Of a stretch of DNA of 64,000 nucleotides, positions 56,189 to 64,000 are shown one piece after another. How positions within the stretch are numbered: position 1 is the first letter of the stretch; every line of letters starts with the position of its first letter. Position numbers and translations under genes: made by a program. Source of the stretch: Acidimicrobiia bacterium (GTDB lineage Bacteria; Actinomycetota; Acidimicrobiia; UBA2766); NCBI GenBank assembly GCA_046331095.1, contig JAXLRM010000004.1:132316-196315 (forward strand), given 5' to 3'. A model generated the notes under the pieces. That model was not told the DNA's origin, did no database searches, and saw only the letters and a program-made list of their open reading frames with translations.

Positions 56189-56343
56189 CGGAGGCTTCCC
56201 GGGTTCGCGCACATCGACGCCGGTGCCGACACAGGTGCGGACGTAGCTGTGTCTTGGGCGGCTGTTTGTCTCACCCGACATATGTCGGCCGCAGCCGACA
56301 GGCCTTTGAGCGTCAGCTGCGGGGGAGCCGCGGGGCGCGGCGG

Positions 56344-57975
56344 TCAGGATGTTCCCGTGGGCGGTGCCCCGACATCCGGTTGCTGCCCGCCGGCACCTGG
56401 GCAAGTCAGCGTGGTGCTTATCGGTCCGGGGTCGTGCGGCGGCGCCGTCGACGTCGGTGCCGCGGTCGTCGTAGGTGGGGCTCCTACGGAGGCGGGCGGG
56501 TTGTAGGTGATCACCTGGTTCTTGGGCGAGTACGTCGTCGTCCACCCACGTTCGTCGGAGCGGCCGTCCGCACGCGTCACCGTGCGCGTGAACCGCACCG
56601 AGTAGCCCCAGTCGGGCTTCTGAACTGAGCGCTCGGTGCCCGCTTTCAGGTTGGGGTCCTTCTGGCACTCGATCTTGGGTGCCTTCGGATCGGTCTTGGG
56701 GCCCGTGTCGGTCTCGACCGTGCGGCCGTCGAGTGTGCCGTACAGCGAGACCGTGATCCTGTCCTTGCCGACGGAGACCTTGACGAGCATCGACGCGTCG
56801 TAGTCGTTGACGAAGATGACGTCGGGGTGCGGGTACGACAGCGTCGCCTCTCGCCCGAGCGGGTAGCGCGAGATGTAGAACGAGTGTGCCTTGAACTCCT
56901 CGATCGGGACGCCGGCGAAGAAGGCGGCATTGAAGATCGTGGTGCCGAACTGGCTCACTCCGCCGCCGATGTCGTCGCTGAACTCACCGTCGTAGATCAC
57001 CGGCGCCCTCACGAAGCCGTTCTCCTCCGTGCGGGGTCCCACGAGGTCGTTGACCGAGAAGCGCTCGCCCGGGGCGATCGTCGTGCCGTCGACGATCGCG
57101 CCGATGCGGGCGATGTTCTTCACGCGGGGTTCTCCCGAGGGGAACTTCGTGGTGAACGTGGACAGCTTGTCGTGGATGCCCATCGCCTGGGCGGCCTCGG
57201 TGGTCAGCCGGGGCTGGATCTCCGACAGTGGGATCTCCACGCGACGCCCGTCGCCGGATGCGACGACTGCGGCCGCGAGGTCCTGTGCAGCCTTGTCGAC
57301 GTCGAGTCCGTGTCCTGCACGGGCCGGTTCGACCGTCACCGTCGCGCCGTCGTCGGAGGCCACGAACGCGGCATCCCGGGGTGGGTCCTCGACATCGGCG
57401 AACTCGGGGCCGATCCGGTCGCGCACCGCGTCGCTGGAGATCGTGACACCCTCGAAGCCGACGTCCTCGGGCGCGAACCAGCGCGCCGCCCACGCGATCG
57501 GGTCCCAGCGTCCACCAGCGTCGAACGCCGCGTCGATCGTCGAGTCGACGTCGATGGTCGCACCGACCTCGCTCGGGAGGATGTCGAGGGTGATGTCGTG
57601 GGCCCTCACCGTCATGCGGGCGCCGAGGAGGTCGTGAGCGCGGGCACCGATGGCGTCCCGCGCGGCGTCGCGGTCCATCCCGCTCACGTCCACGCCACCC
57701 ACGCTCACGCCGCGCCCGATGGTGCCGAGGTGGAGGAGTTGGTCGACGAGGAACGCGACTCCGAGCAGGGCGGCGAGCGCGATGCACGCGACCACGACAC
57801 GGCGTACCCAGAAGGTCCGCCGCGAGCGCCTGCGATCGCGCGCGGGAGGCGCCGCCACGCGCGGACGCGGCCGCGCCTCCTGAATTCGCGTCTGAGCCTT
57901 CACCATGGGGATCGCCGTGACGGACGGTGCCCGGGGCGGCACCGATGCGGCGCCCGGCCCGGGGGGGACCGACAA
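56344..57975 (-). CDS. VanW-family protein with N-terminal membrane anchor and Pro/Thr-rich C-terminal tail
   Basis: The VanW core is [46 protein letters not shown] 57975 is preceded by GAGG. An alternative ATG lies at 57906. Confidence 0.75.
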   Translation of the reverse strand: MSVPPGPGAASVPPRAPSVTAIPMVKAQTRIQEARPRPRVAAPPARDRRRSRRTFWVRRVVVACIALAALLGVAFLVDQLLHLGTIGRGVSVGGVDVSGMDRDAARDAIGARAHDLLGARMTVRAHDITLDILPSEVGATIDVDSTIDAAFDAGGRWDPIAWAARWFAPEDVGFEGVTISSDAVRDRIGPEFADVEDPPRDAAFVASDDGATVTVEPARAGHGLDVDKAAQDLAAAVVASGDGRRVEIPLSEIQPRLTTEAAQAMGIHDKLSTFTTKFPSGEPRVKNIARIGAIVDGTTIAPGERFSVNDLVGPRTEENGFVRAPVIYDGEFSDDIGGGVSQFGTTIFNAAFFAGVPIEEFKAHSFYISRYPLGREATLSYPHPDVIFVNDYDASMLVKVSVGKDRITVSLYGTLDGRTVETDTGPKTDPKAPKIECQKDPNLKAGTERSVQKPDWGYSVRFTRTVTRADGRSDERGWTTTYSPKNQVITYNPPASVGAPPTTTAAPTSTAPPHDPGPISTTLTCPGAGGQQPDVGAPPTGTS

Positions 57976-58015
57976 GATTACCTCGGATTGCGGTCACTGC
58001 GGCCCTGGTTGGGCC

Positions 58016-58708
58016 ATGATTGTGCCCATGGCCACCACATCGAAGAAGAAGAAGGGCGCCAAGGCGGCGCCGAAGTCCTCCCAGCGCAACTGGGCCTTTC
58101 CCGCCGTCATTGCCGGTGTGATCGTGCTGGGGGTGATCATCATCCTCATCGCGGTAGTGGGCAAGGACTCGTCACCGAAGTCCGACGTGGCACTCGGAGG
58201 CGGTGGTGCCGGCGACTCGGCCTCGGTCGCCAGCATCGAGGGGACCGCGGCGCAGGGACAGCCCGCCCCCAAGCTCTCCGGAAAGGACATGTACTCGGGC
58301 CGCGAGGTGTCGCTGCAGGACATGCAGGGCAAGCCGACGCTCGTCGCGGTGTGGGCGCACTGGTGCCCGCACTGCCAGAAGGAGATGCCGATCATCCAGC
58401 AGGTCTCCCAGGAGCAGGCAGCCGACTTCAACTTCCTCACGGTGACGACGGCGGCAGGTCAGCAACCGGCGCAGGCCCAGTACGCGACCCCGGCCACGTT
58501 CATGCAGACCCAGGGCATCACGATCCCGACCCTGCGCGACGACGGCACCAAGGCCATGCAGGCACTCGGTGTGCAAGGTTTCCCGACCCTGCTGATGGTC
58601 GACGCCGACGGCAAGCTCGTGGGCAAGGCATCGGGGGAGATGCCCAAGGACCAGCTCCTCTCGTTCATGCAGAACCCGACCTGGACCGATTCCCAGGGTG
58701 GCGGATGA
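58016..58708 (+). CDS. TlpA/ResA-like thiol-disulfide oxidoreductase (thioredoxin fold), membrane anchored
   Basis: The active site is VAVWAHWCPHCQKEMP (CxxC) and GFPTLLMVD is also present. It has an N-terminal TM helix. The start is ATG 58016 or 58028. Confidence 0.8.
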   Translation: MIVPMATTSKKKKGAKAAPKSSQRNWAFPAVIAGVIVLGVIIILIAVVGKDSSPKSDVALGGGGAGDSASVASIEGTAAQGQPAPKLSGKDMYSGREVSLQDMQGKPTLVAVWAHWCPHCQKEMPIIQQVSQEQAADFNFLTVTTAAGQQPAQAQYATPATFMQTQGITIPTLRDDGTKAMQALGVQGFPTLLMVDADGKLVGKASGEMPKDQLLSFMQNPTWTDSQGGG

Positions 58709-59433
58709 CCGGAGCCGAACCGGTCGCAGGGCTGGAGACGGCCGGATCGCTTCTCGCGGTCGCAGCCCATCCCGACGACCTCGACTTCGGCTGCGCCGCG
58801 ACGCTGGCGCGCTTCGTCGACGCCGGCGCACGTGTGGTCGAGTTGGTCGCCACGCGGGGCGACTCGGGGTCCTCGGACCCGAGCATGACGCGGGAGCGCC
58901 TGCGCGAGATCCGGACCGCCGAGGCCGAGGCGGCGGCGGCCGTGCTCGGTGCCGAGCTCGTCATGCTGGACCATCCCGACGGCGAGGTCGTCAACGACGT
59001 CGACCTACGCCGCGAGGTGAGCAGGGAGATGCGCCGTACGCGACCTGACGTGATGGTCGTCCTCGACCCGTCGCCCGTCATCGGGGACGGCTTCATCAAC
59101 CACCCGGACCACCGTGCCGTCGCGCAAGCCGCGCTCGACTCCGTCCTCACCGGCGCTTCGACTCGGCTGATCTTCCCCGAGCTCGCCGAGGAAGGGCTCG
59201 AGCCGCACAAGCCGTCGGTGATCCTGTTGATACGCCCGCGGGTGTCGCCCGGCAACTTCGCCGTCGACGTGACCGCGACGATCGAGCGCAAGGTCGAAGC
59301 CCTGCGCGCCCACGTGTCCCAGGTCGGCGAGCGCGACGTCGCCACGATGGTTCGTGACTGGGCGCGTGCTGTGGGCAAGGACCACGACATGGAATTCGCC
59401 GAGTCGTTCCACCGCATCGACGTGATGAACTAG
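58705..59433 (+). CDS. PIG-L/LmbE-family deacetylase
   Basis: 242 aa from the tail of track ORF 56827..59433. The motifs are AHPDDLDFG and HPDHRAV. It has an ATGA overlap with the upstream gene. Confidence 0.8.
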   Translation: MTGAEPVAGLETAGSLLAVAAHPDDLDFGCAATLARFVDAGARVVELVATRGDSGSSDPSMTRERLREIRTAEAEAAAAVLGAELVMLDHPDGEVVNDVDLRREVSREMRRTRPDVMVVLDPSPVIGDGFINHPDHRAVAQAALDSVLTGASTRLIFPELAEEGLEPHKPSVILLIRPRVSPGNFAVDVTATIERKVEALRAHVSQVGERDVATMVRDWARAVGKDHDMEFAESFHRIDVMN

Positions 59434-59446
59434 CCGGGGCCGGGAG

Positions 59447-62400
59447 GTGGGCGCGGGCAAGTCGGATCCGGCGGTGCTCGAGGGGTTCCTGCCCGCGGTG
59501 AGCGCCTGGTTCCGCAACGTGCTCGGCACCCCGACACCACCCCAGGCGCTCGCGTGGCCCGTGCTCACGTCGGGTGAGCACTGCCTCGTCGTGGCCCCGA
59601 CCGGGTCCGGCAAGACCCTGACGGCTTTTCTCTGGGCACTCGACCGGATCTGGCGCGAGGCGGCCGCGGGACGTACGTTCGCCGCCACCGACGTCCTGTA
59701 CGTGTCGCCCCTCAAGGCCCTCAACGAGGACGTGCGTCGCAACCTGCGGGTCCCGTTGGAGGGGATCCGCGAGCTGGAGCCGGACCTCTTCGAGATCGGC
59801 GTGGGCGTGAGATCGGGCGACACGACCGGTGCCGAACGCCAGCGGATGCTGCGGCGCCCCCCCACGATCCTGATAACGACGCCCGAGTCGCTCTACCTGC
59901 TCCTGACGACGGCGCAAGGCAGGCGGAGCCTGTCCGGGGTGCGCACCGTCGTCGTCGACGAGGTGCACGCAATCTGCGGGGACAAGCGTGGCGTGCACCT
60001 CGCACTCAGCCTCGAACGCCTCGCCGCGCTCGTACGTGCAGGCGGCAACCCCGACCCGCAGCGCATCGGTCTCTCGGCGACCGTGGCGCCGCTCACGTCG
60101 GCGGCGTCCTTCGTCGGCGGCTGCGATCGCCACGTCGAAGTGGTCGACGCGTCCGTGGACCGCAGCCACCGCCTGGAGGTGCGCGGGGCGGACTACGTCG
60201 AGGCGGGCAGCGTCTGGGACGAGGTGACGGCGGCTCTACTCGACGACGTCGGCACGCATACGTCGACCCTGGTCTTCGTGAACAACCGGCGGCAGGCCGA
60301 GCAGCTCGTCGCGCGCCTCAACGACGCTGCCGCGAGCCGGTGGGAAGCCGAGGCGGCGGACCTCGAACCTGCTCGCGCACACCACGGCAGCGTCTCCAAG
60401 GAGCTGCGCCGTGACCTCGAGGAGCGCCTCAAGGCGGGTGAGCTGGCGTGCCTGGTCGCGACGGGGACGCTCGAGCTCGGCATCGACATGGGCGCGATCG
60501 ACCTCGTGTGCCAGGTGGAGTCCCCCAAGTCGGTCGCCCGCGGCCTCCAGCGTGTCGGCCGCAGCGGCCACCTGGTGGGGGCGACCTCGGAGGGCCACGT
60601 CTACCCCTTGCACCGCTCCGACCTCGCCGAGGCCGCGGCATGCGCCCGCGAGATGGATGCCGGCGCGATCGAGACGACCACGACGCCGGCCAACTGCCTC
60701 GACGTGCTGGCACAGCAGGTCGTCGCCGAGGTCGTCGCGCGTGGCGACAGCGGCGTGACACCCGACGCTCTCTTCGGTCTCGTGCGTAGATCCTCGCCCT
60801 ACCGGACACTGACGCGCGCCGCTTTCGACGGGGTCGTCGGCATGCTCGCAGGCGACACCGCCGATCCCGACCTCGCCGGCGCGCGGCCCCGTGTCGTGTG
60901 GGACCGCAGTGCGGGCAGGCTCGAGGCCCGCCCCGGAGCGCGCCAGGTCGCGGTCACCAGCGGCGGCACCATCCCCGACCGCGGCCTCTACCCGGTGGTG
61001 CTCGCAGGCTCGAACGTACGCCTCGGCGAGCTCGACGAGGAGTTCGTGTTCGAGTCGAAACACGGTGACGTGTTCGCACTCGGGACGTCGTTGTGGCGTA
61101 TCTCCGAGATCGGCCGCGACAGGATCGTGGTAACCGAGGCGCCCGGTGCCGCTCCGCGGATGCCGTTCTGGCGTGGTGAGGGGCTGGGCCGGCCGCGATC
61201 GCTCGGGGACGCGCTCGGACGCCTCCTCGGCGAGATCGAGGCCGGGTGCGCTGCCGGTGACGAGGCGGGCGCGCTGCGGATCTGCACCCACGAGTGCCAC
61301 CTCGACGACAAGGCTGCGTCCACTCTCGTCGCGTGGGTCGCCGAACAGGCGCGGGCAGCCGCGGTGCCGACCGAACGCCGCGTCGTGGTCGAGGCCTTCC
61401 CGGACGAGATCGGCGACTGGCGCATCGTCGTGCACTGCCTGCGTGGCGCCCGCGTCAACAGGGCCCTCGGACTCGTCCTCGCAGCGCGCATGCGCGACCG
61501 TCTCGGTGTCGATCTCGAGTGGACACACGGCGACGACGGCGTCGTCTTCCGCTTCCCCGAGCTCGACGGCGAGCCGCCTCGTGACCTGTTGCGACTCGTC
61601 GCCGCCGGCGACGTCGAGGAGTTGCTGCTGCGCGAGCTGGCCGGGACCGCGTTGTTCGCAGGCCGTTTCCGTGAGAACGCCGCACGCGCGCTCCTGTTGC
61701 CACGCAACCGGCCCGGCCGGCGCACACCGCTGTGGTTGCAGCGGTTGCGTGCGGCCGATCTGCTCGTGGCGGCCGGACGTGATCCCGACCATCCCATCGT
61801 CGTCGAGACCTACCGCGAGTGCCTCGAGGATGCTCTCGACGTCGCCGGCGCCACCGAGGTCCTCCGCGACGTGAGAACCGGGGCACTCGACGTGGTCGTG
61901 ACCGAGACCGTCGCACCGTCACCGTTCGCGGCGGGGATGATGTGGCGTTTCGTCTTCGAGTACCTCTACGACGGCGACACACCGAAGGCGGAGGCGCGTT
62001 CGGCTGCCTTGGGCGTGAATCGGGAGCTGCTGACCGGGCTCCTGGGTCGGTCGGCCCTGCGCGACCTCCTCGAACCCGCGGCGATCGAGGAGGTGACCGC
62101 ACGGTTGACGCGCACGGCGGAGGGCTGGCGTGCCCGTGACACCGAGGAGGTCGCCGACCTGCTCCGTCGCTTCGGCGACCTCTCCCGTGACGAGCTCGCC
62201 GCCCGCAGCAGTGTCGACGTCGACGCTGCTCTGACCACGCTGGGCGTGCGGGTGCGTGAGGTCCAGGGCCGCTGGGTGGTCACCGACGAGGCGGGCGAGT
62301 ATGCCGCCTTGCTGGAAGGGAGGGGACAGGTGGGCCGCTGGCTCCGGCGTAGCGTGTTGGGCTCCGGCATCGTCACGGTCGCCGACCTCGCCGCCCGCTA

Positions 62401-63751
62401 CGGCCTCGATGAGAAGGTAGTGACAGGCGAGCTCGCCGTGCTGGCTGCCGAGGGTGTGGTCGAGCGCGGCGAGTTCGCGCCCGCCGGACGGGTGGGAGAC
62501 GAGGAGTGGGTCGGCACCGAGACCCTCGCGCGGATGCACAGGCGCTCGCTGTCGCTGCTGCGCGCGAGAACGCGTCCGGTCGACGGTGCCGCGTACTCGC
62601 GGTTCCTCCTGCGACACCACGGTATCGACGACGGGCCGCGACCCGTGGGCGTCGAGGGGCTGAACGCCGTGCTCGTCGGCCTCGAGGGCGCCCTGTTGCA
62701 CGTGGACGGGCTGGAGAGCTCCGTTCTCGCGAGGCACGTGGACCGCTACGACCCCGCTCACCTCGACTCCCTCGTCGCCGCGGGACGGTGGCGGTGGCGC
62801 GCGATGGGCGGCGGACGCGTCCTGTTCGTGCGTCCGGAGCACGAGTCGCTGGTCGCGGCGCTGTCGGGGGTCGACCTGCCGGCACTCCAAGGCGCCGATG
62901 CCGAGCTTCTCGAATTCCTCGCCCGCGGTGGTGGGTGGCGCACCGACGAGCTCGCGCGGGCCACGGGGACGGAGCCCGACGCGGTGGACGCGTCGCTGGG
63001 CAGGCTCCTCTGGGCCGGCCACGTCACCAACGACTCGCTCGCACCACTGCGCTCGCGCCGGATCGCCGGTCCCGAGGCGGCGCCACCACCTTCGCGGGCT
63101 GCGCGCCGGCGCACGCGGGCGCGCCTTCCTCGAGGCGCTTCGGTCAGCGCCGGCAGGTGGTCCGCAGTCGCGGGCGACGCGTCCGGCGCCGATGGTCCCG
63201 AGGCTGCCGCCGCGGTTGCGGCCATCTTGTTGCACCGCCACGGCATCGCGAGCCGCGACACCCACGCCTCGGGTGCCTGGGCCCCGGGATGGCCGGCGGT
63301 AGCCGCGGTGCTCGCGTCCATGGAGGTGCGCGGCGACGTGCGCCGTGGCTACTTCGTCGAGGGCCTTGCAGGCGTGCAGTACGCCGAGGCGTGGACCGTC
63401 GACGCCCTGCGGGCACCGGTCGAGGAGGACACGCCCCGGTCGGTGCTACTGGCCGCGGCAGATCCCGCGCAGCCGTGGGGCGACCCGCTCGAGAGCCACG
63501 GCGTGCGGCGCAGTGCGGGGGCGCGTGTCGTGCTCGAAGGCGGGGCACCGGTGCTCGCCCACGAAGGCTCGCGGGTGACCCCGCTGTCGGACCGGCCTCC
63601 GGAGGCCTTCGCTGCCGCCCTCGCGGTCTTGCGGCGCGACGGCCAGGTGGAGGTGGAGGCGTGGGGCCGCGGTCCCGTCACCGCGTCCGTGGTCGCAGGT
63701 GTGTTCCGTGACGCCGGCTGGCGCCGCACACCCAAGGGCTTCCGATCCTGA
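59447..63751 (+). CDS. lhr: ATP-dependent helicase Lhr (large helicase-related, SF2)
   Basis: 1434 aa. Motif I is APTGSGKT and motif II is DEVH. SAT, the helicase C domain (TGTLELGIDMG, VGRSGH) and a long Lhr-type C-terminal extension are present. Confidence 0.9.
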   Translation: MGAGKSDPAVLEGFLPAVSAWFRNVLGTPTPPQALAWPVLTSGEHCLVVAPTGSGKTLTAFLWALDRIWREAAAGRTFAATDVLYVSPLKALNEDVRRNLRVPLEGIRELEPDLFEIGVGVRSGDTTGAERQRMLRRPPTILITTPESLYLLLTTAQGRRSLSGVRTVVVDEVHAICGDKRGVHLALSLERLAALVRAGGNPDPQRIGLSATVAPLTSAASFVGGCDRHVEVVDASVDRSHRLEVRGADYVEAGSVWDEVTAALLDDVGTHTSTLVFVNNRRQAEQLVARLNDAAASRWEAEAADLEPARAHHGSVSKELRRDLEERLKAGELACLVATGTLELGIDMGAIDLVCQVESPKSVARGLQRVGRSGHLVGATSEGHVYPLHRSDLAEAAACAREMDAGAIETTTTPANCLDVLAQQVVAEVVARGDSGVTPDALFGLVRRSSPYRTLTRAAFDGVVGMLAGDTADPDLAGARPRVVWDRSAGRLEARPGARQVAVTSGGTIPDRGLYPVVLAGSNVRLGELDEEFVFESKHGDVFALGTSLWRISEIGRDRIVVTEAPGAAPRMPFWRGEGLGRPRSLGDALGRLLGEIEAGCAAGDEAGALRICTHECHLDDKAASTLVAWVAEQARAAAVPTERRVVVEAFPDEIGDWRIVVHCLRGARVNRALGLVLAARMRDRLGVDLEWTHGDDGVVFRFPELDGEPPRDLLRLVAAGDVEELLLRELAGTALFAGRFRENAARALLLPRNRPGRRTPLWLQRLRAADLLVAAGRDPDHPIVVETYRECLEDALDVAGATEVLRDVRTGALDVVVTETVAPSPFAAGMMWRFVFEYLYDGDTPKAEARSAALGVNRELLTGLLGRSALRDLLEPAAIEEVTARLTRTAEGWRARDTEEVADLLRRFGDLSRDELAARSSVDVDAALTTLGVRVREVQGRWVVTDEAGEYAALLEGRGQVGRWLRRSVLGSGIVTVADLAARYGLDEKVVTGELAVLAAEGVVERGEFAPAGRVGDEEWVGTETLARMHRRSLSLLRARTRPVDGAAYSRFLLRHHGIDDGPRPVGVEGLNAVLVGLEGALLHVDGLESSVLARHVDRYDPAHLDSLVAAGRWRWRAMGGGRVLFVRPEHESLVAALSGVDLPALQGADAELLEFLARGGGWRTDELARATGTEPDAVDASLGRLLWAGHVTNDSLAPLRSRRIAGPEAAPPPSRAARRRTRARLPRGASVSAGRWSAVAGDASGADGPEAAAAVAAILLHRHGIASRDTHASGAWAPGWPAVAAVLASMEVRGDVRRGYFVEGLAGVQYAEAWTVDALRAPVEEDTPRSVLLAAADPAQPWGDPLESHGVRRSAGARVVLEGGAPVLAHEGSRVTPLSDRPPEAFAAALAVLRRDGQVEVEAWGRGPVTASVVAGVFRDAGWRRTPKGFRS

Positions 63752-63756
63752 GACCC

Positions 63757-63804
63757 GACGTGCGCGCGTGGGTGACCAGGGGGTGGTGCGCTACGCGCGC
63801 ACGT
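63757..63804. repeat. Hairpin repeat family 2, copy 2
   Basis: GACGTGCGCGCGTGGGTGACCAGGGGGTGGTGCGCTACGCGCGCACGT differs from copy 1 only in two loop bases. It lies between the convergent lhr and ADH genes. Confidence 0.85.
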
Positions 63805-63826
63805 GGGGTTCGTCGGAGCGGCGCCT

Positions 63827-64000
63827 CTAGTAGGCGATGACGGAGCGGGCGACCTCGCCCTTCTGGAGGGCGTCGAAGGCGGCGTTGACGTCGTCGAGGG
63901 TGATCGTGGCGCTCACGAGCTCGTCGAGGAGGAGCTTGCCCTCGCGGTACAGGTCGACGTAGCGGTTCACGTCGCGGTGGATGTTCGAGTGTCCGTAGAA
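63827..64000 (-). CDS. Zinc-type alcohol dehydrogenase, C-terminal part (class III/mycothiol-dependent formaldehyde dehydrogenase-like); 5' end outside window
   Basis: The reverse-strand translation is FYGHSNIHRDVNRYVDLYREGKLLLDELVSATITLDDVNAAFDALQKGEVARSVIAY, with TAG at 63827-63829. It is not in the ORF track because it lacks a start inside the window. Confidence 0.6.
   Translation of the reverse strand, partial: FYGHSNIHRDVNRYVDLYREGKLLLDELVSATITLDDVNAAFDALQKGEVARSVIAY

Overview
The window is a very GC-rich chromosomal segment with strong third-position GC bias. It looks actinobacterial: F420-type enzymes (LLM, DDN), a PIG-L deacetylase, a class-III ADH tail, Lhr, VapBC, frequent GTG/TTG starts and pervasive 1-4 nt start/stop overlaps. 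I can support about 58 protein-coding genes and three decayed genes. I found no rRNA, tRNA, CRISPR array, transposase or integrase. Content is mostly CoA-thioester and lipid metabolism, oxidoreductases, regulators and transporters.

Main points:
1. A TetR-flanked cluster (4.4-12.8 kb) carries a duplicated [CrtI-like FAD oxidoreductase + SCP2 lipid-binding protein] module, a KASIII-like condensing enzyme, a MaoC hydratase and a FadB-like fusion. I cannot assign it to a known pathway.
2. A second four-gene operon (32.3-37.6 kb: TPP enzyme, SDR, epoxide hydrolase, third CrtI-like enzyme) is also unassigned.
3. A NarG-type molybdoenzyme has no electron-transfer partners nearby. It sits next to an HD-GYP/LuxR regulator and a DsrE-like protein.
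4. A histidine kinase contains an internal degenerate copy of its own kinase core.
5. There are two families of intergenic hairpin repeats I do not recognise. One is a 49-nt unit with 8 copies in three arrays. The other is a 47-48 bp hairpin with 2 copies. A composite repeat also lies upstream of the TPP operon.
6. A 3.3-kb stretch bounded by repeat arrays holds only broken genes plus an intact HTH/nucleotidyltransferase pair.

Many long ORFs in the six-frame track are antisense or out-of-frame shadows typical of high-GC DNA, and I rejected them. Start codons are less certain than stop codons throughout. All family calls come from motifs I read in the translations, not from database searches.
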